64,000 nt of DNA from a bacterium (GTDB taxonomy: Bacteria; Patescibacteriota; Minisyncoccia; UBA6257; GWB1-50-10): assembly GCA_021801565.1 (NCBI GenBank), contig JAJYXV010000003.1, forward strand, positions 68,894-132,893, given 5' to 3'. A program made the translations under genes and the position numbers. The notes beneath the pieces are model-generated. The model did no database searches, had not been told where the DNA came from, and worked only from the letters and a program-made list of their open reading frames with translations. Below, piece by piece: positions 9,283 to 19,000 of this stretch (position 1 is the first letter of the stretch; each line of letters begins with the position of its first letter).

Positions 9283-9438
9283 GCGGAAAGGGGGTCGGGG
9301 AAAAACAAATGTGTTTCCTCGTGAAGGAAATAGCCTGCTTTATGCGGGCGTTTAGAAACCGTGGGTTTCTAAGGAGTGAAGCGATGCAACATGGGTGTCA
9401 AAATCATTGATTAAAACCGCCTCTCAGGCGGTTTTTTT
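9283..9438 (+). ncRNA. Unclassified structured element B (paralog of A) with an 8-codon uORF (9384-9410) and an intrinsic terminator (9413-9438)
   Basis: Shares AAGGGGGTCGGGG and AAACCGTGGGTTTCTAAGGAGTGAAGCGATG with element A. It contains AAGGAG-N7-ATG CAA CAT GGG TGT CAA AAT CAT TGA, then aaaaccgcc-tctca-ggcggttttttt. Confidence 0.3.
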
Positions 9439-9509
9439 GTTTGACTTTATTTTTCTCTATGAGAGGATAAATATAGTTTTTATCATTAATATATAATGGA
9501 GGTAACATT

Positions 9510-10331
9510 ATGGAGAAGGGAAAATTTATTCTACTCGAAAGTTTAACGTGTGGCGGTAAGGGGAAGCAAGCGACGAGGTTAAAAAAATTTCTTGAATCGA
9601 AAGGTATCCCCGCACTCATATATGTTGAACCTACTCCGAGTAGTTCTGTTGGGAGGATGATACGAAAAATAATTGAGAAACAGGAAATCGGTGAAGCATT
9701 TGTACAGAATTCATTTATTCCTGAAGTACTCGGATATATTGTCGGCTTAGGTGTTTCGGGAGTTTTTCTGAAGGGACAGGAGTGTAACGACGTAGTGAAA
9801 GAATTTGCCGGATTGTTAAATGATGCGATGGTGAAAATAAAAAATCATAAAAAACTAACAAACCGTGAACTTCAGTCACTTTATGTGATGGATAGACATC
9901 TCGATCTTAGAGAAAATATTATTCCTGCTCTTAAAAAGGGGATATGGGTCATTCAAGATCGGTATGACAGAAGTACAATGGCATTTGGCGAGGCGTTTGG
10001 TGGGGTCACAATTGAGGAAGTTTATAAGTGGCACCTGCACGCGCTTGGGGAAGAATATATTCTTCCTGATTACGATTTTTTCATTCGCATCAAGCCTGAA
10101 ACCGCAATGAAACGTTTAGAGAAAGATGGAAAAATGAAAGATCAATTTGAGCAGAAACTCGACGGATTAAAGAAAACGGCGATGGCGTACGAAAAAGCGA
10201 CGTTGTTTGTGTGTAAGCAATACGCACTTCAAGATCCGCCAAGGGAATTCGTTATTGTTATAGATGGCGAACAGAGCGAACAGAAGGTGTTTGACGACAT
10301 AACAGAAAAAATGACTGAGGCTTTTTTATAA
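9510..10331 (+). CDS. Thymidylate/nucleoside-monophosphate kinase-like P-loop protein (273 aa)
   Basis: Degenerate P-loop LESLTCGGKGKQA and DRY-like VIQDRYDRSTMAFG. Longer than canonical Tmk. Confidence 0.5.
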   Translation: MEKGKFILLESLTCGGKGKQATRLKKFLESKGIPALIYVEPTPSSSVGRMIRKIIEKQEIGEAFVQNSFIPEVLGYIVGLGVSGVFLKGQECNDVVKEFAGLLNDAMVKIKNHKKLTNRELQSLYVMDRHLDLRENIIPALKKGIWVIQDRYDRSTMAFGEAFGGVTIEEVYKWHLHALGEEYILPDYDFFIRIKPETAMKRLEKDGKMKDQFEQKLDGLKKTAMAYEKATLFVCKQYALQDPPREFVIVIDGEQSEQKVFDDITEKMTEAFL

Positions 10332-10334
10332 AAT

Positions 10335-10370
10335 TATCCCCGATGAATATCGGGGATTTTTGATTTTTTC
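10335..10370 (+). terminator. Rho-independent terminator
   Basis: atccccgat-gaat-atcggggat followed by ttttgatttttt. Confidence 0.55.
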
Positions 10371-10382
10371 AACAGAGGAAGT

Positions 10383-11834
10383 ATGATGAGAATATACATG
10401 AAATATATTCCAGTGATAGGACTCGAGATTCACACGGAGCTTAAAACAGAAAGTAAGATGTTTTGTGCATGTGCGAATAATCCTGATGAAAAATCCCCAA
10501 ATACGAATATATGCCCGATATGTATGGGTCACCCGGGTACACTCCCAACGATAAACAAAAAAGCGGTAGAAGCTGTTTTACGGCTTGGAATTGCTATTGG
10601 AGGGGCCATATCGAGAAAATCTCATTTTGATAGAAAAAGCTATTTCTACCCAGATCTCCCGAAGGGATACCAGATTTCCCAATATGATGCTCCATTTGTG
10701 GAGGGTGGCGTTTTAGAGGGTGTAAAAATAAAAAGGATTCACCTTGAAGAAGATGTTGCGTCATCAAAACACTCTGATGGAAAAGAGGAAAACTATACGT
10801 TTGTCGATTTTAATCGTGCAGGTGTACCCCTTATGGAGCTGGTCACCGAGCCAGATATAAAAGATGGGGAGCAGGCACTTCGTTTTGGAAAAGAGCTTCA
10901 GAGAATTATGAGATGTCTGAATATTTCTGATGCCGATATGGAAAAAGGGCAAATGCGTGTTGAAGTGAATATTTCTCTTATGAAGGAAAAAGATAAAGAA
11001 TGGGGGACGAAGGTGGAAATAAAAAATTTAAACTCGTTTCGTGCAGTTGCGGGATCCATTGATTATGAAATAAAACGCCAAAGTGAATTATTGGATTCAG
11101 GAGAGAAAGTGATTCAAGAAACACGTGGATGGAACGACCAAAAAGGTACTACAGTAAGTCAGAGAACAAAAGAATCCGCTCATGACTATCGTTATTTTCC
11201 GGAACCCGATTTACCCGAACTTACATTTACTGAGGAATATTTAAAATCGCTGAAGGCTTCGCTTCCTGAATTACCAGAAGAAAAAAGAAAGCGTTTTTCC
11301 GAGGAATTTAATCTTTCGCAACATCAGATTGATGATTTACTTGATGATCAACATGGTGCAATATATTTTGAGGAAGCGGTTTCGGAATTAAAAGAAAAAA
11401 TTGAATCTGCAAATATTCAATTGTTGTTTAATTATCTCACAAGTGATTTGCGCGGAATAGCAAAAACAAGAGGAAAAGATATGCGGGAAATAAATATTCC
11501 TCCTGAACATTTTGCCCATCTCATTTTTCTTATTCAAAATGGAACACTTTCAAGTAGAATTGCAAAAGATTTGTTGCTAAAAATGGAGGAAACCGGATCC
11601 GATCCGGAAACACTTATCAAAGAGGGAGGAATACAGTTTATGGGAGATGAGGAATCTCTCATACCGATTGTTCAGGAAATCATAGAAAAGAATGAAAAGG
11701 CAGTTGCCGACTACAAAAAAGGTAAGGGGAGTTCAATCGCTTTTTTAGTTGGACAGGCAATGGGGAAAACAAAAGGACAAGCAGACCCTGAAAAACTAAG
11801 GGAGCTTTTTAAACAAGAACTTGGAAAAATCTAA
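10383..11834 (+). CDS. gatB: Asp-tRNA(Asn)/Glu-tRNA(Gln) amidotransferase subunit B
   Basis: VIGLEIHTELKTESKMFCAC...NICPICMGHPGTLP matches the GatB N-terminus. Confidence 0.9.
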   Translation: MMRIYMKYIPVIGLEIHTELKTESKMFCACANNPDEKSPNTNICPICMGHPGTLPTINKKAVEAVLRLGIAIGGAISRKSHFDRKSYFYPDLPKGYQISQYDAPFVEGGVLEGVKIKRIHLEEDVASSKHSDGKEENYTFVDFNRAGVPLMELVTEPDIKDGEQALRFGKELQRIMRCLNISDADMEKGQMRVEVNISLMKEKDKEWGTKVEIKNLNSFRAVAGSIDYEIKRQSELLDSGEKVIQETRGWNDQKGTTVSQRTKESAHDYRYFPEPDLPELTFTEEYLKSLKASLPELPEEKRKRFSEEFNLSQHQIDDLLDDQHGAIYFEEAVSELKEKIESANIQLLFNYLTSDLRGIAKTRGKDMREINIPPEHFAHLIFLIQNGTLSSRIAKDLLLKMEETGSDPETLIKEGGIQFMGDEESLIPIVQEIIEKNEKAVADYKKGKGSSIAFLVGQAMGKTKGQADPEKLRELFKQELGKI

Positions 11835-12769
11835 CGTGAGATAAGAAAAGATTTTATTAGGCTGATGGCCTCTTTTTTATTTTTTATCCAATAAATTCTT
11901 TTATTTTTCTTAAACCATGTCATTTGGCGTTTTGCATATTTTTTAATCTCACTTAGGAGCTGTGTTTCCATTTCTTTTCTGGTTATCTTTCCGGTGAGAA
12001 ACCTCGAAATATATCGATATTCAAGCCCGAAACGTTCCATCTTTTTCCATGATAATCCTTTCTCATGAAGTTTTTTTATTTCTTCTATCATTCCGGTTTT
12101 TAAACGTTTTTTAAGACGATCTTCTATTCTTTTTGAAAGTATGTGTTGAGGTAATGAAATTCCAAGAAATAGAACATCAACTTTTAGCGGATTTTTTTTA
12201 AACCTAGGAACTCTCCCAAGTGCTTCTGTAATTTCAATTGCGCGGATAAGCCGAACTGGATTTTTTCTGTCTATTGTATTTGCCCGCACAGGATCTTTTT
12301 TAAGGAGAATGGTAAATAATTCTTCAGTAGTTTTCCTTGAAAGAACATCACGTAGTTTTTTGTTTGGTTTTACATCGGGAATGACGGTTCCATCAATGAG
12401 CGCATCAATATAAAATCCTGTACCTCCGCACACAATTGGGATCTTATTTTTCTTTATAATTTGGTTTATTATTTTCTTTCCTTTCTTTTGATAGTGTGAG
12501 ACGGTAAATGTAGAAGTGGGGGAGCTTACATCAATCATATGGTGTGGTATTCCCCCCATCTCTTTTTTAGTTATTTTTCCAGTTCCAATATCCATCCCTT
12601 CGTACACTTGTCTTGAGTCAGCCGAGATAATTTCTGTGCCATCGATATTTATGGTTTTTCTTTGTTTGTTAATAAAACTTGCCACTTGTACGGCAAGATC
12701 AGATTTTCCACTTGCTGTGGGACCAACAACGACTATTATCTTATTTCTATTGACGCCGATTATTTTCAT
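11831..12769 (-). CDS. miaA: tRNA dimethylallyltransferase
   Basis: P-loop VVVGPTASGKSDLAV plus an IPT-family core. Overlaps the gatB stop by 4 nt (convergent). Confidence 0.9.
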   Translation of the reverse strand: MKIIGVNRNKIIVVVGPTASGKSDLAVQVASFINKQRKTINIDGTEIISADSRQVYEGMDIGTGKITKKEMGGIPHHMIDVSSPTSTFTVSHYQKKGKKIINQIIKKNKIPIVCGGTGFYIDALIDGTVIPDVKPNKKLRDVLSRKTTEELFTILLKKDPVRANTIDRKNPVRLIRAIEITEALGRVPRFKKNPLKVDVLFLGISLPQHILSKRIEDRLKKRLKTGMIEEIKKLHEKGLSWKKMERFGLEYRYISRFLTGKITRKEMETQLLSEIKKYAKRQMTWFKKNKRIYWIKNKKEAISLIKSFLISR

Positions 12770-13031
12770 ATATACACTGTATAACAGATTTATTCACAAA
12801 TTAAGCGGAGCGAAGGATGGGAATAATATCCCCATGTGTCTTCCAGGTAAAAAGGAAGAAGAGTCGCGTACCGCACGGAAAGAAAAGCTGCCAATGCCTA
12901 AATTGTTTTTATGTCGGTTTTACTTAACGCGCGCATTATATTTATTTTGACAAAGGAAGATAAAAAGACGGCTTAATTTTATTCTATTTATCCCAACGTG
13001 AAAGCGTTGGGATTTTTTTGTTCAAAATAAC

Positions 13032-13226
13032 TTGACTGGCGCTAATTTTAATTTTATACTTGTCTATAGTACAAAAACAAATTATGGAGTGGTTATGAAA
13101 CGTCCAGTAAAATTTTTTTTTGGAATTTTTGCTATGGTTGCAGTTATAGGTGGTGTTTTGAAATCTCTAAGTAAAAATTTTGACAAAGATATTGATTGGC
13201 AAAGCGGTGATGCGGCGAGAAATTGA
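13032..13226 (+). CDS. Small hypothetical membrane protein
   Basis: One TM helix FFFGIFAMVAVIGGVL, followed by the terminator at 13228-13258. The start may be the internal Met at 13095. Confidence 0.35.
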   Translation: MTGANFNFILVYSTKTNYGVVMKRPVKFFFGIFAMVAVIGGVLKSLSKNFDKDIDWQSGDAARN

Positions 13227-13227
13227 A

Positions 13228-13258
13228 CAAAAGCCCGGATAATTTTCCGGGTTTTTTT
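13228..13258 (+). terminator. Rho-independent terminator
   Basis: aaagcccgga-taatt-ttccgggttttttt. Confidence 0.55.
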
Positions 13259-13302
13259 CTATGCATAAAAGGAATAATAAATGGATTATATGGGCAGTTA
13301 TA

Positions 13303-13338
13303 AACTGTCTAGTATGGAGCGATCGCTCCATACTAGAC
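13303..13338. repeat. Perfect 36-nt palindrome (18-bp arms) centred on GCGATCGC, downstream of thrS
   Basis: ctgtctagtatggagcga|tcgctccatactagacag equals its own reverse complement, followed by agttcttttta. Probable bidirectional terminator. Confidence 0.5.
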
Positions 13339-13348
13339 AGAGTTCTTT

Positions 13349-15097
13349 TTATTTCTTTTCCTGAATTTCTTTTGTTATTTCGTCTATGAATTGTGAAAGA
13401 GAAATTGTGGATGTTTCTTTTTGATGTCGTTTTCTCATGTTTACCATTTTTTCATTTTCTTCTTTTTCTCCAACAACAAGAATGTATGGTGTTTTTTTTA
13501 TTTCAGCTTCGCGGATTCTTTTTCCGAGCGTTTCATTTGCTTCACTCATTTCAACGCGGATATTTTTTTCTTTTAATGTTTTTTGTATTTCTTCTCCATA
13601 GGACATAAATTTCTCGCTGATAGGAAGAATAGTCACTTGGTTAGGCGAAAGCCACACAGGAAATGCACCTGCGTAGTGTTCAATTAAAATCATCATAAAG
13701 CGTTCCGGGGAGCCAATGATTGCGCGGTGAAGCATTACGGGATGCTTTTCCTTTCCGTCACTGTCAATATAAGTAAGATTGAAACGTTCCGGCATTACAA
13801 AATCAATCTGCACGGTGGAAAGTTGCCATTCGCGTCCGAGCGCATCAGTTGCCATAAGATCCATTTTTGGTGCATAGAATGCCGCCTCACCAGGGCCATC
13901 GTAATAATCAATCTCATTTCGTTTCATGATTTCTTCCGCCCATTTCTCAACCCTGTCCCACGTTTCCGGATTTCCGAGATATTTTTCCGGGTGCGCCTTA
14001 TCTCGAGTGGAAAGCCGATACCGATATTTGAATCCGAATGTTTTCATCACTTCTTTCGTCATTTGGAGTGCCACATCAATTTCTTTATCAACCTGATCCT
14101 CTCTACAGAAAATATGGCAGTCATCCTGTGAAAACGAGCGTACGCGGGCAAGTCCGCTTAATTCTCCTGGTTTTTCGTCTCTATAGAGCATTGCGAAGTC
14201 AGTATAACGAAGCGGAAGATCACGGTAGCTTCTCGGTTGGCTTGCATACACCTGTGTGTGCTGGGGACAGTTCATTGGTTTCAAATAAAATTCTTCTTCC
14301 GAATAATTTGAGACGACGCGAAACATTCCATCGCGATATTTATCATAGTGCCCTGAAATTTTGAACAATTCCGCTTTTGCAATTTGCGGAGTCCAGATTT
14401 GCGTATATCCCTCTTTTACCTGAAGCGACTCGATATAGTCGTTCAACGTTCGGCGGATAAAAGATCCTTTTGGGGTGTAGAGAGGGAGACCACTGCCGAT
14501 ATATTCGGAGAAGGTGAAGAGATCAAGTTGTTTTCCGAGTTTCCGGTGATCTCTTTTTTTTGCTTCTTCCAAAAATGCAAGATACTCATTAAGTTCTTTT
14601 TTTGTTTCAAATGCGAGGCCGTAAATACGAGTAAGCATTTTATTTTTTTCATCTCCTCGCCAATATGCTCCCGCAATTTTCAAAAGCGCGAATGTGTCGG
14701 GATTTATTTCTTTTGTGTTTTCTACATGTCCTCCGCGGCAGAGATCTAAAAACACATCACCTGTTTTATAAATTGAAACTTCTTTATCAACTTTCGAAAA
14801 TTCTTCAATAAGATCAAGTTTGAATGGTTGGTCTTTGAAAACCTTTTTCGCCTCGGCAATTGTTACAACTTCACGCATGAAGGGGAGTCCAGCCTTCACA
14901 AGTTTTTTCATCTCTTTTTCCAGATCTTTTAAATCTTCATCGGTTATCTGTTCTGGAAGGTCAAAATCGTAATAGAATCCGTTTTCAATGACGGGACCGA
15001 TGCCAAATTTTGTTTCAGGGAATCTCTTAAGTACCACCGCAGCAAGAAGGTGAGAGAGTGAGTGACGAATATGGTCTAGTTTCTCATTTTGTTCCAT
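13349..15097 (-). CDS. thrS: Threonyl-tRNA synthetase
   Basis: HRKLGKQLDLF class II motif and C-terminal anticodon-binding domain. Confidence 0.9.
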   Translation of the reverse strand: MEQNEKLDHIRHSLSHLLAAVVLKRFPETKFGIGPVIENGFYYDFDLPEQITDEDLKDLEKEMKKLVKAGLPFMREVVTIAEAKKVFKDQPFKLDLIEEFSKVDKEVSIYKTGDVFLDLCRGGHVENTKEINPDTFALLKIAGAYWRGDEKNKMLTRIYGLAFETKKELNEYLAFLEEAKKRDHRKLGKQLDLFTFSEYIGSGLPLYTPKGSFIRRTLNDYIESLQVKEGYTQIWTPQIAKAELFKISGHYDKYRDGMFRVVSNYSEEEFYLKPMNCPQHTQVYASQPRSYRDLPLRYTDFAMLYRDEKPGELSGLARVRSFSQDDCHIFCREDQVDKEIDVALQMTKEVMKTFGFKYRYRLSTRDKAHPEKYLGNPETWDRVEKWAEEIMKRNEIDYYDGPGEAAFYAPKMDLMATDALGREWQLSTVQIDFVMPERFNLTYIDSDGKEKHPVMLHRAIIGSPERFMMILIEHYAGAFPVWLSPNQVTILPISEKFMSYGEEIQKTLKEKNIRVEMSEANETLGKRIREAEIKKTPYILVVGEKEENEKMVNMRKRHQKETSTISLSQFIDEITKEIQEKK

Positions 15098-15154
15098 AGG
15101 GAAATTATAAATAATATCAAGGAATTATGCACGTTTTATTGAGAAAAAGAGATA

Positions 15155-15183
15155 TTGACTTTTGTATAAATATATGCTAGAAT
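15155..15183 (+). promoter_or_regulatory. Near-consensus sigma70 promoter TTGACT-17-TAGAAT
   Basis: -35 at 15155-15160 and -10 at 15178-15183, ~75 nt upstream of the 15257 gene, which has an AAGGAGGA RBS. Confidence 0.45.
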
Positions 15184-15256
15184 GTAAGCACAAAATGAGA
15201 TTTATATTCATTTTGTGTAAATTAAAATATTTTCAATAAATAAGGAGGAAATTGCC

Positions 15257-15994
15257 ATGGCAATTCCAACATTAGGACAAGGGAATCAGGTTACTAATCT
15301 GATCTTGCAGTCCGGGATAACTTCTGAAAATCTTCAAGTAATTCTTCAGAATGGTTCATTATCAGATTTATTAAAATCAAATCCAAAATCAATTGATCGA
15401 ATTCAGCTCAGAAAAATTTTACATCTTGATGGTTACCCAATTACCATGGATAGAACAAAGAGTCCATTAGAGATGTGGAGAGCAACTGGAACAAAAGATT
15501 ATTCTGTAGTCGATGCAATTCCGGGTAAAACTTACGAGGAATCTTATGGAAAATTTATTTGCGAACCTGATCGAACAAACTTTTTCTATAAAGACTCAGA
15601 AAATTGTGTTGAAGGATGCGTTTTTAATAAACATTCTAAAGTTGAGAAACTTGGAAGCGCAAAAAACGAAACCATTTTTTTATTAAGCTTTGATCATTCT
15701 ATTCAAGAATATAAAGCAAAAATAAAAAAGATGGGATTCCGTACAGCTGATTTTTGGGAATTTTGTTCTTTTCTGGAACAGTATCCAGATATTATGAACG
15801 AACTTCCAGATAATAGTCATATTTCGACGTTGGATATTATGGATATTGATAATCAAAGATACTATCTTGAGTCCAGAATAGACAAGTCTGCGAATCATCT
15901 TCCAGGTTCTCGAAGATTGTTTTGTACCCTAGAGTATCTAAGAAATCGATGTATAAGAAATAGACATTTTTTTGTAGTGGTGAAAGAAAGTTAA
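15257..15994 (+). CDS. Hypothetical protein (245 aa), no recognisable domain
   Basis: Long ORF with a strong RBS AAGGAGGA, an upstream promoter, and a downstream terminator at 16000-16029. Confidence 0.6.
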   Translation: MAIPTLGQGNQVTNLILQSGITSENLQVILQNGSLSDLLKSNPKSIDRIQLRKILHLDGYPITMDRTKSPLEMWRATGTKDYSVVDAIPGKTYEESYGKFICEPDRTNFFYKDSENCVEGCVFNKHSKVEKLGSAKNETIFLLSFDHSIQEYKAKIKKMGFRTADFWEFCSFLEQYPDIMNELPDNSHISTLDIMDIDNQRYYLESRIDKSANHLPGSRRLFCTLEYLRNRCIRNRHFFVVVKES

Positions 15995-15999
15995 TTATA

Positions 16000-16029
16000 G
16001 GGACCGAAATATTCGGTCCCGATTTTTAT
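16000..16029 (+). terminator. Rho-independent terminator
   Basis: gggaccgaa-tatt-cggtccc followed by gatttttat. Confidence 0.55.
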
Positions 16030-16064
16030 TACAATCATAACAAAATAGAGGATTTTGATATGTG

Positions 16065-19000
16065 TTAGAGCTCCTTTACCCCATTACAAATCAGCTTCGG
16101 TTCTCCATTTCTCCACGAAAGTGTGCTATCAACAAGTATCGCTCTATTTACTTCCCATATTTTTGTATTTTTTGCGAGCGTTCCAGAAAAGACGAGCATC
16201 TCAATGTGATTTGTAAGATCTTCAATGGTAACAAAGAGCATTGGATCTCCTTTTTTTGTAATCATTTTTTGGATATTAGAAATTATTCCCGCTGTTTTTA
16301 CCCGCGGTCCCCGGATTCCATCTTTTTCATGGGGGATTGTTTCTATGTCTTTTATCGCTTTTATGGAACCTCCGAGCATTCGTGAATATGTTGCAAACGG
16401 ATGATCGGTAAGATATAACCCAAGCAACTCTTTTTCCCATGCGAGCCTCGTGTTTTTATGCACCGGTTTTACCGGTGTAAGACGTAACGATACCAGCGAT
16501 GCAGTTCCTCCGCCAAATAAACTTGTTTGATTGCTGAGTGCTGCTCGTTTTACCGCTTGGTTAAACTTAATAAGTTCTTCAATGTTATGTAACGCTTCTG
16601 TTCGTTCAATTCCCAACGAATCGAATACCCCAGCCTTAATGAGGCTCTCAAGTGATTTTTTGTTGAGATCTCGATGGTGAATACGCGATAAAAAGTTTTT
16701 TAAATCTTCGTATGTTCCGCCTCTTCCGCGTTCTTCTATGATTGCATGAACAATATTTTCACCGACATTTTTTATCGCTGAAAGTCCAAAACGAATGTTC
16801 TCACCCTCTACTCCAAATTCTTCAAAACTTGCGTTGATATCTGGGGGAAGTACTTTAATACCAAGTCGTCTCACCTCATTTACAAGGAAATTGATGCGTT
16901 CAACTTCCGTTCCTGAAATATTAAGCAAACTTGTCATAAATTCAACACAATAGTTTGCTTTCAAATATGCAGTTTGATAACTCACCAGTGCATAACATGC
17001 GGCATGACTCCGGTTGAATCCATATCGTGCGAACGGGGGAAAAAGGTCCCAGATTTCCTCAGCGCTTTTCTTATCAATTCCATTTTGTATCATTCCTTTG
17101 ATGATTTTTTCCTGTTGCTCGGCGAGAAGACTCTTTATTTTCTTTCCAATTGCTTTTCGTAATGTGTCTGCTTCTGCGAGCGTAAATCCCGCAAGATCCC
17201 GGGCGATACGCATCATTTGTTCCTGATAGATTCCCACTCCGTATGTTTTTTTAAGAATTGGTTCTAGTTTTGGATGAATGTAAGTTATTGTTTCCTTTCC
17301 AAATTTTCTATTAATATAACTTGGAATAAGTTCAATGGGTCCAGGACGATATAATGCGACCATCGCAATAATATCTTCGAGTTCGGTTGGTTTTAAATCT
17401 TTGAGATAATGTCTCATTCCTGATGATTCAAGTTGAAAAATTCCAGTCGTTTCTCCGCGTTGAAGTATTTCAAATGCTTTTGCATTATTAAGTGGAATAG
17501 TGTCGATGTTAATGTTAATTCCTTTATTCTCTTTTATGAGTCGAAGTGTTTTTTCAATGATGGTAAGATTTTTGAGTCCGAGGAAGTCCATTTTTAAAAG
17601 TCCGAGGTCTTCGATACTATGCATTTCAAATTGTGTGATTACCGTATCTTCTCCCTGTGGCGCTTTCTGTAGCGGAACAAAATCAGTGAGCGATGTCGGT
17701 GAAATTACCACCCCGCATGCATGTACTGACGCGTGCCGCACCGTTCCTTCAAGCTTTCGCGCCGAATCGATTAATTTTTTTGATTGTTCATCTTTTTCAT
17801 ATAGATCTTTCAACTCTTGAACATCACGCAAACATTCATCGAGCCATCCTTCTTTCATTCCCTGTGTTGGATTGAATGGAATCAGTTTTGCGATTTTATC
17901 GCAGAAATCGTATGAATACCCAAGCGCACGCCCCGTGTCACGTATTGCTGCGCGTGCTGCCATTGTCCCAAACGTGATAATTTGTGCGACACGATCGTGC
18001 CCATAACGCTCGCGCACATAGGAAAGCACTTCATCGCGTCGTGTATCAGTAAAGTCGATGTCGATATCTGGAACTTGAATACGATCTGGGTTTAAAAATC
18101 GTTCAAAAAGCAAGTCATAATCAAGCGGGTTTATGTTTGTAATGCCGAGGATATATGACACAAGACTTCCTGCGGCAGACCCTCTTCCGGGACCAACCAC
18201 AATGCCGTGATCTTTCGCCCAAAGGACAAAATCCTGGACAATCAAAAAATAGTCAGAAAATCCTGTTTTTTCAATAACCGCGAGTTCTACATTAATTCGT
18301 TCTTTTATTTCTTCAGTGATTTCTGGAAGGCGGTATTCGAATCGCTCATATACGAGTTTTTTCAGATATTCGAATGGAGAATGTTCTCCTTCGGGAAGAA
18401 TGAATTGTGGAATTTTTGTCTTTCCTAGTTCGATTTCAACATTGCATTTTTCTGCGATGCGAATTGTTTCTTCGAGTGCTTCCGGAACGTCACTAAAAAG
18501 TTCTTGCATTTCTTCTTGTGAGGTGAGAGAAATATCGTAATTTTTTAGTGTGAGTCGATCTTCATCGTCGAGTTTGCTGTTTGTTTGCACTGCAAGAAGA
18601 ATTTCATGTGCGGTAAGATCATCTTTTCGTGCGTAATGAACATCATTGGTGGCGACGAGCGGAATTCCGAATTTTTTTGATAATGCAGCGAACGCATCCT
18701 TTAATTTTGGAGTATGTGCTTGTATCTCGAGATAAAAATCTTTTCCAAAAAGTGAATGATACCATTTTACTACTTCTTCAGCTTCCTCTTTTTTTCCTTT
18801 TGAAAGAAGTTTTGAGATTTCTCCAGTAAAACATCCAGAAAGACAGATAAGTCCTTCGTGGTGTTTCTCAAGAAGTTCCTTGTCAATGCGTGGTTTATAA
18901 TAAAATCCTTCGAGATGTGATTTGGTAACAAGTTGAATCAGATTTTTCCATCCAATTTGGTTCTTTGCAAGAAGCGTGAGATGAAATCGTGTTTCATCTA

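Noticed and set aside
12516-12950. 144-aa plus-strand ORF
   Set aside because: Antisense to the 5' half of miaA. Hydrophobic junk translation typical of antisense AT-rich coding sequence.
13393-14749. Several plus-strand ORFs of 70-130 aa
   Set aside because: All antisense to thrS. Phe/Leu-rich artefacts.
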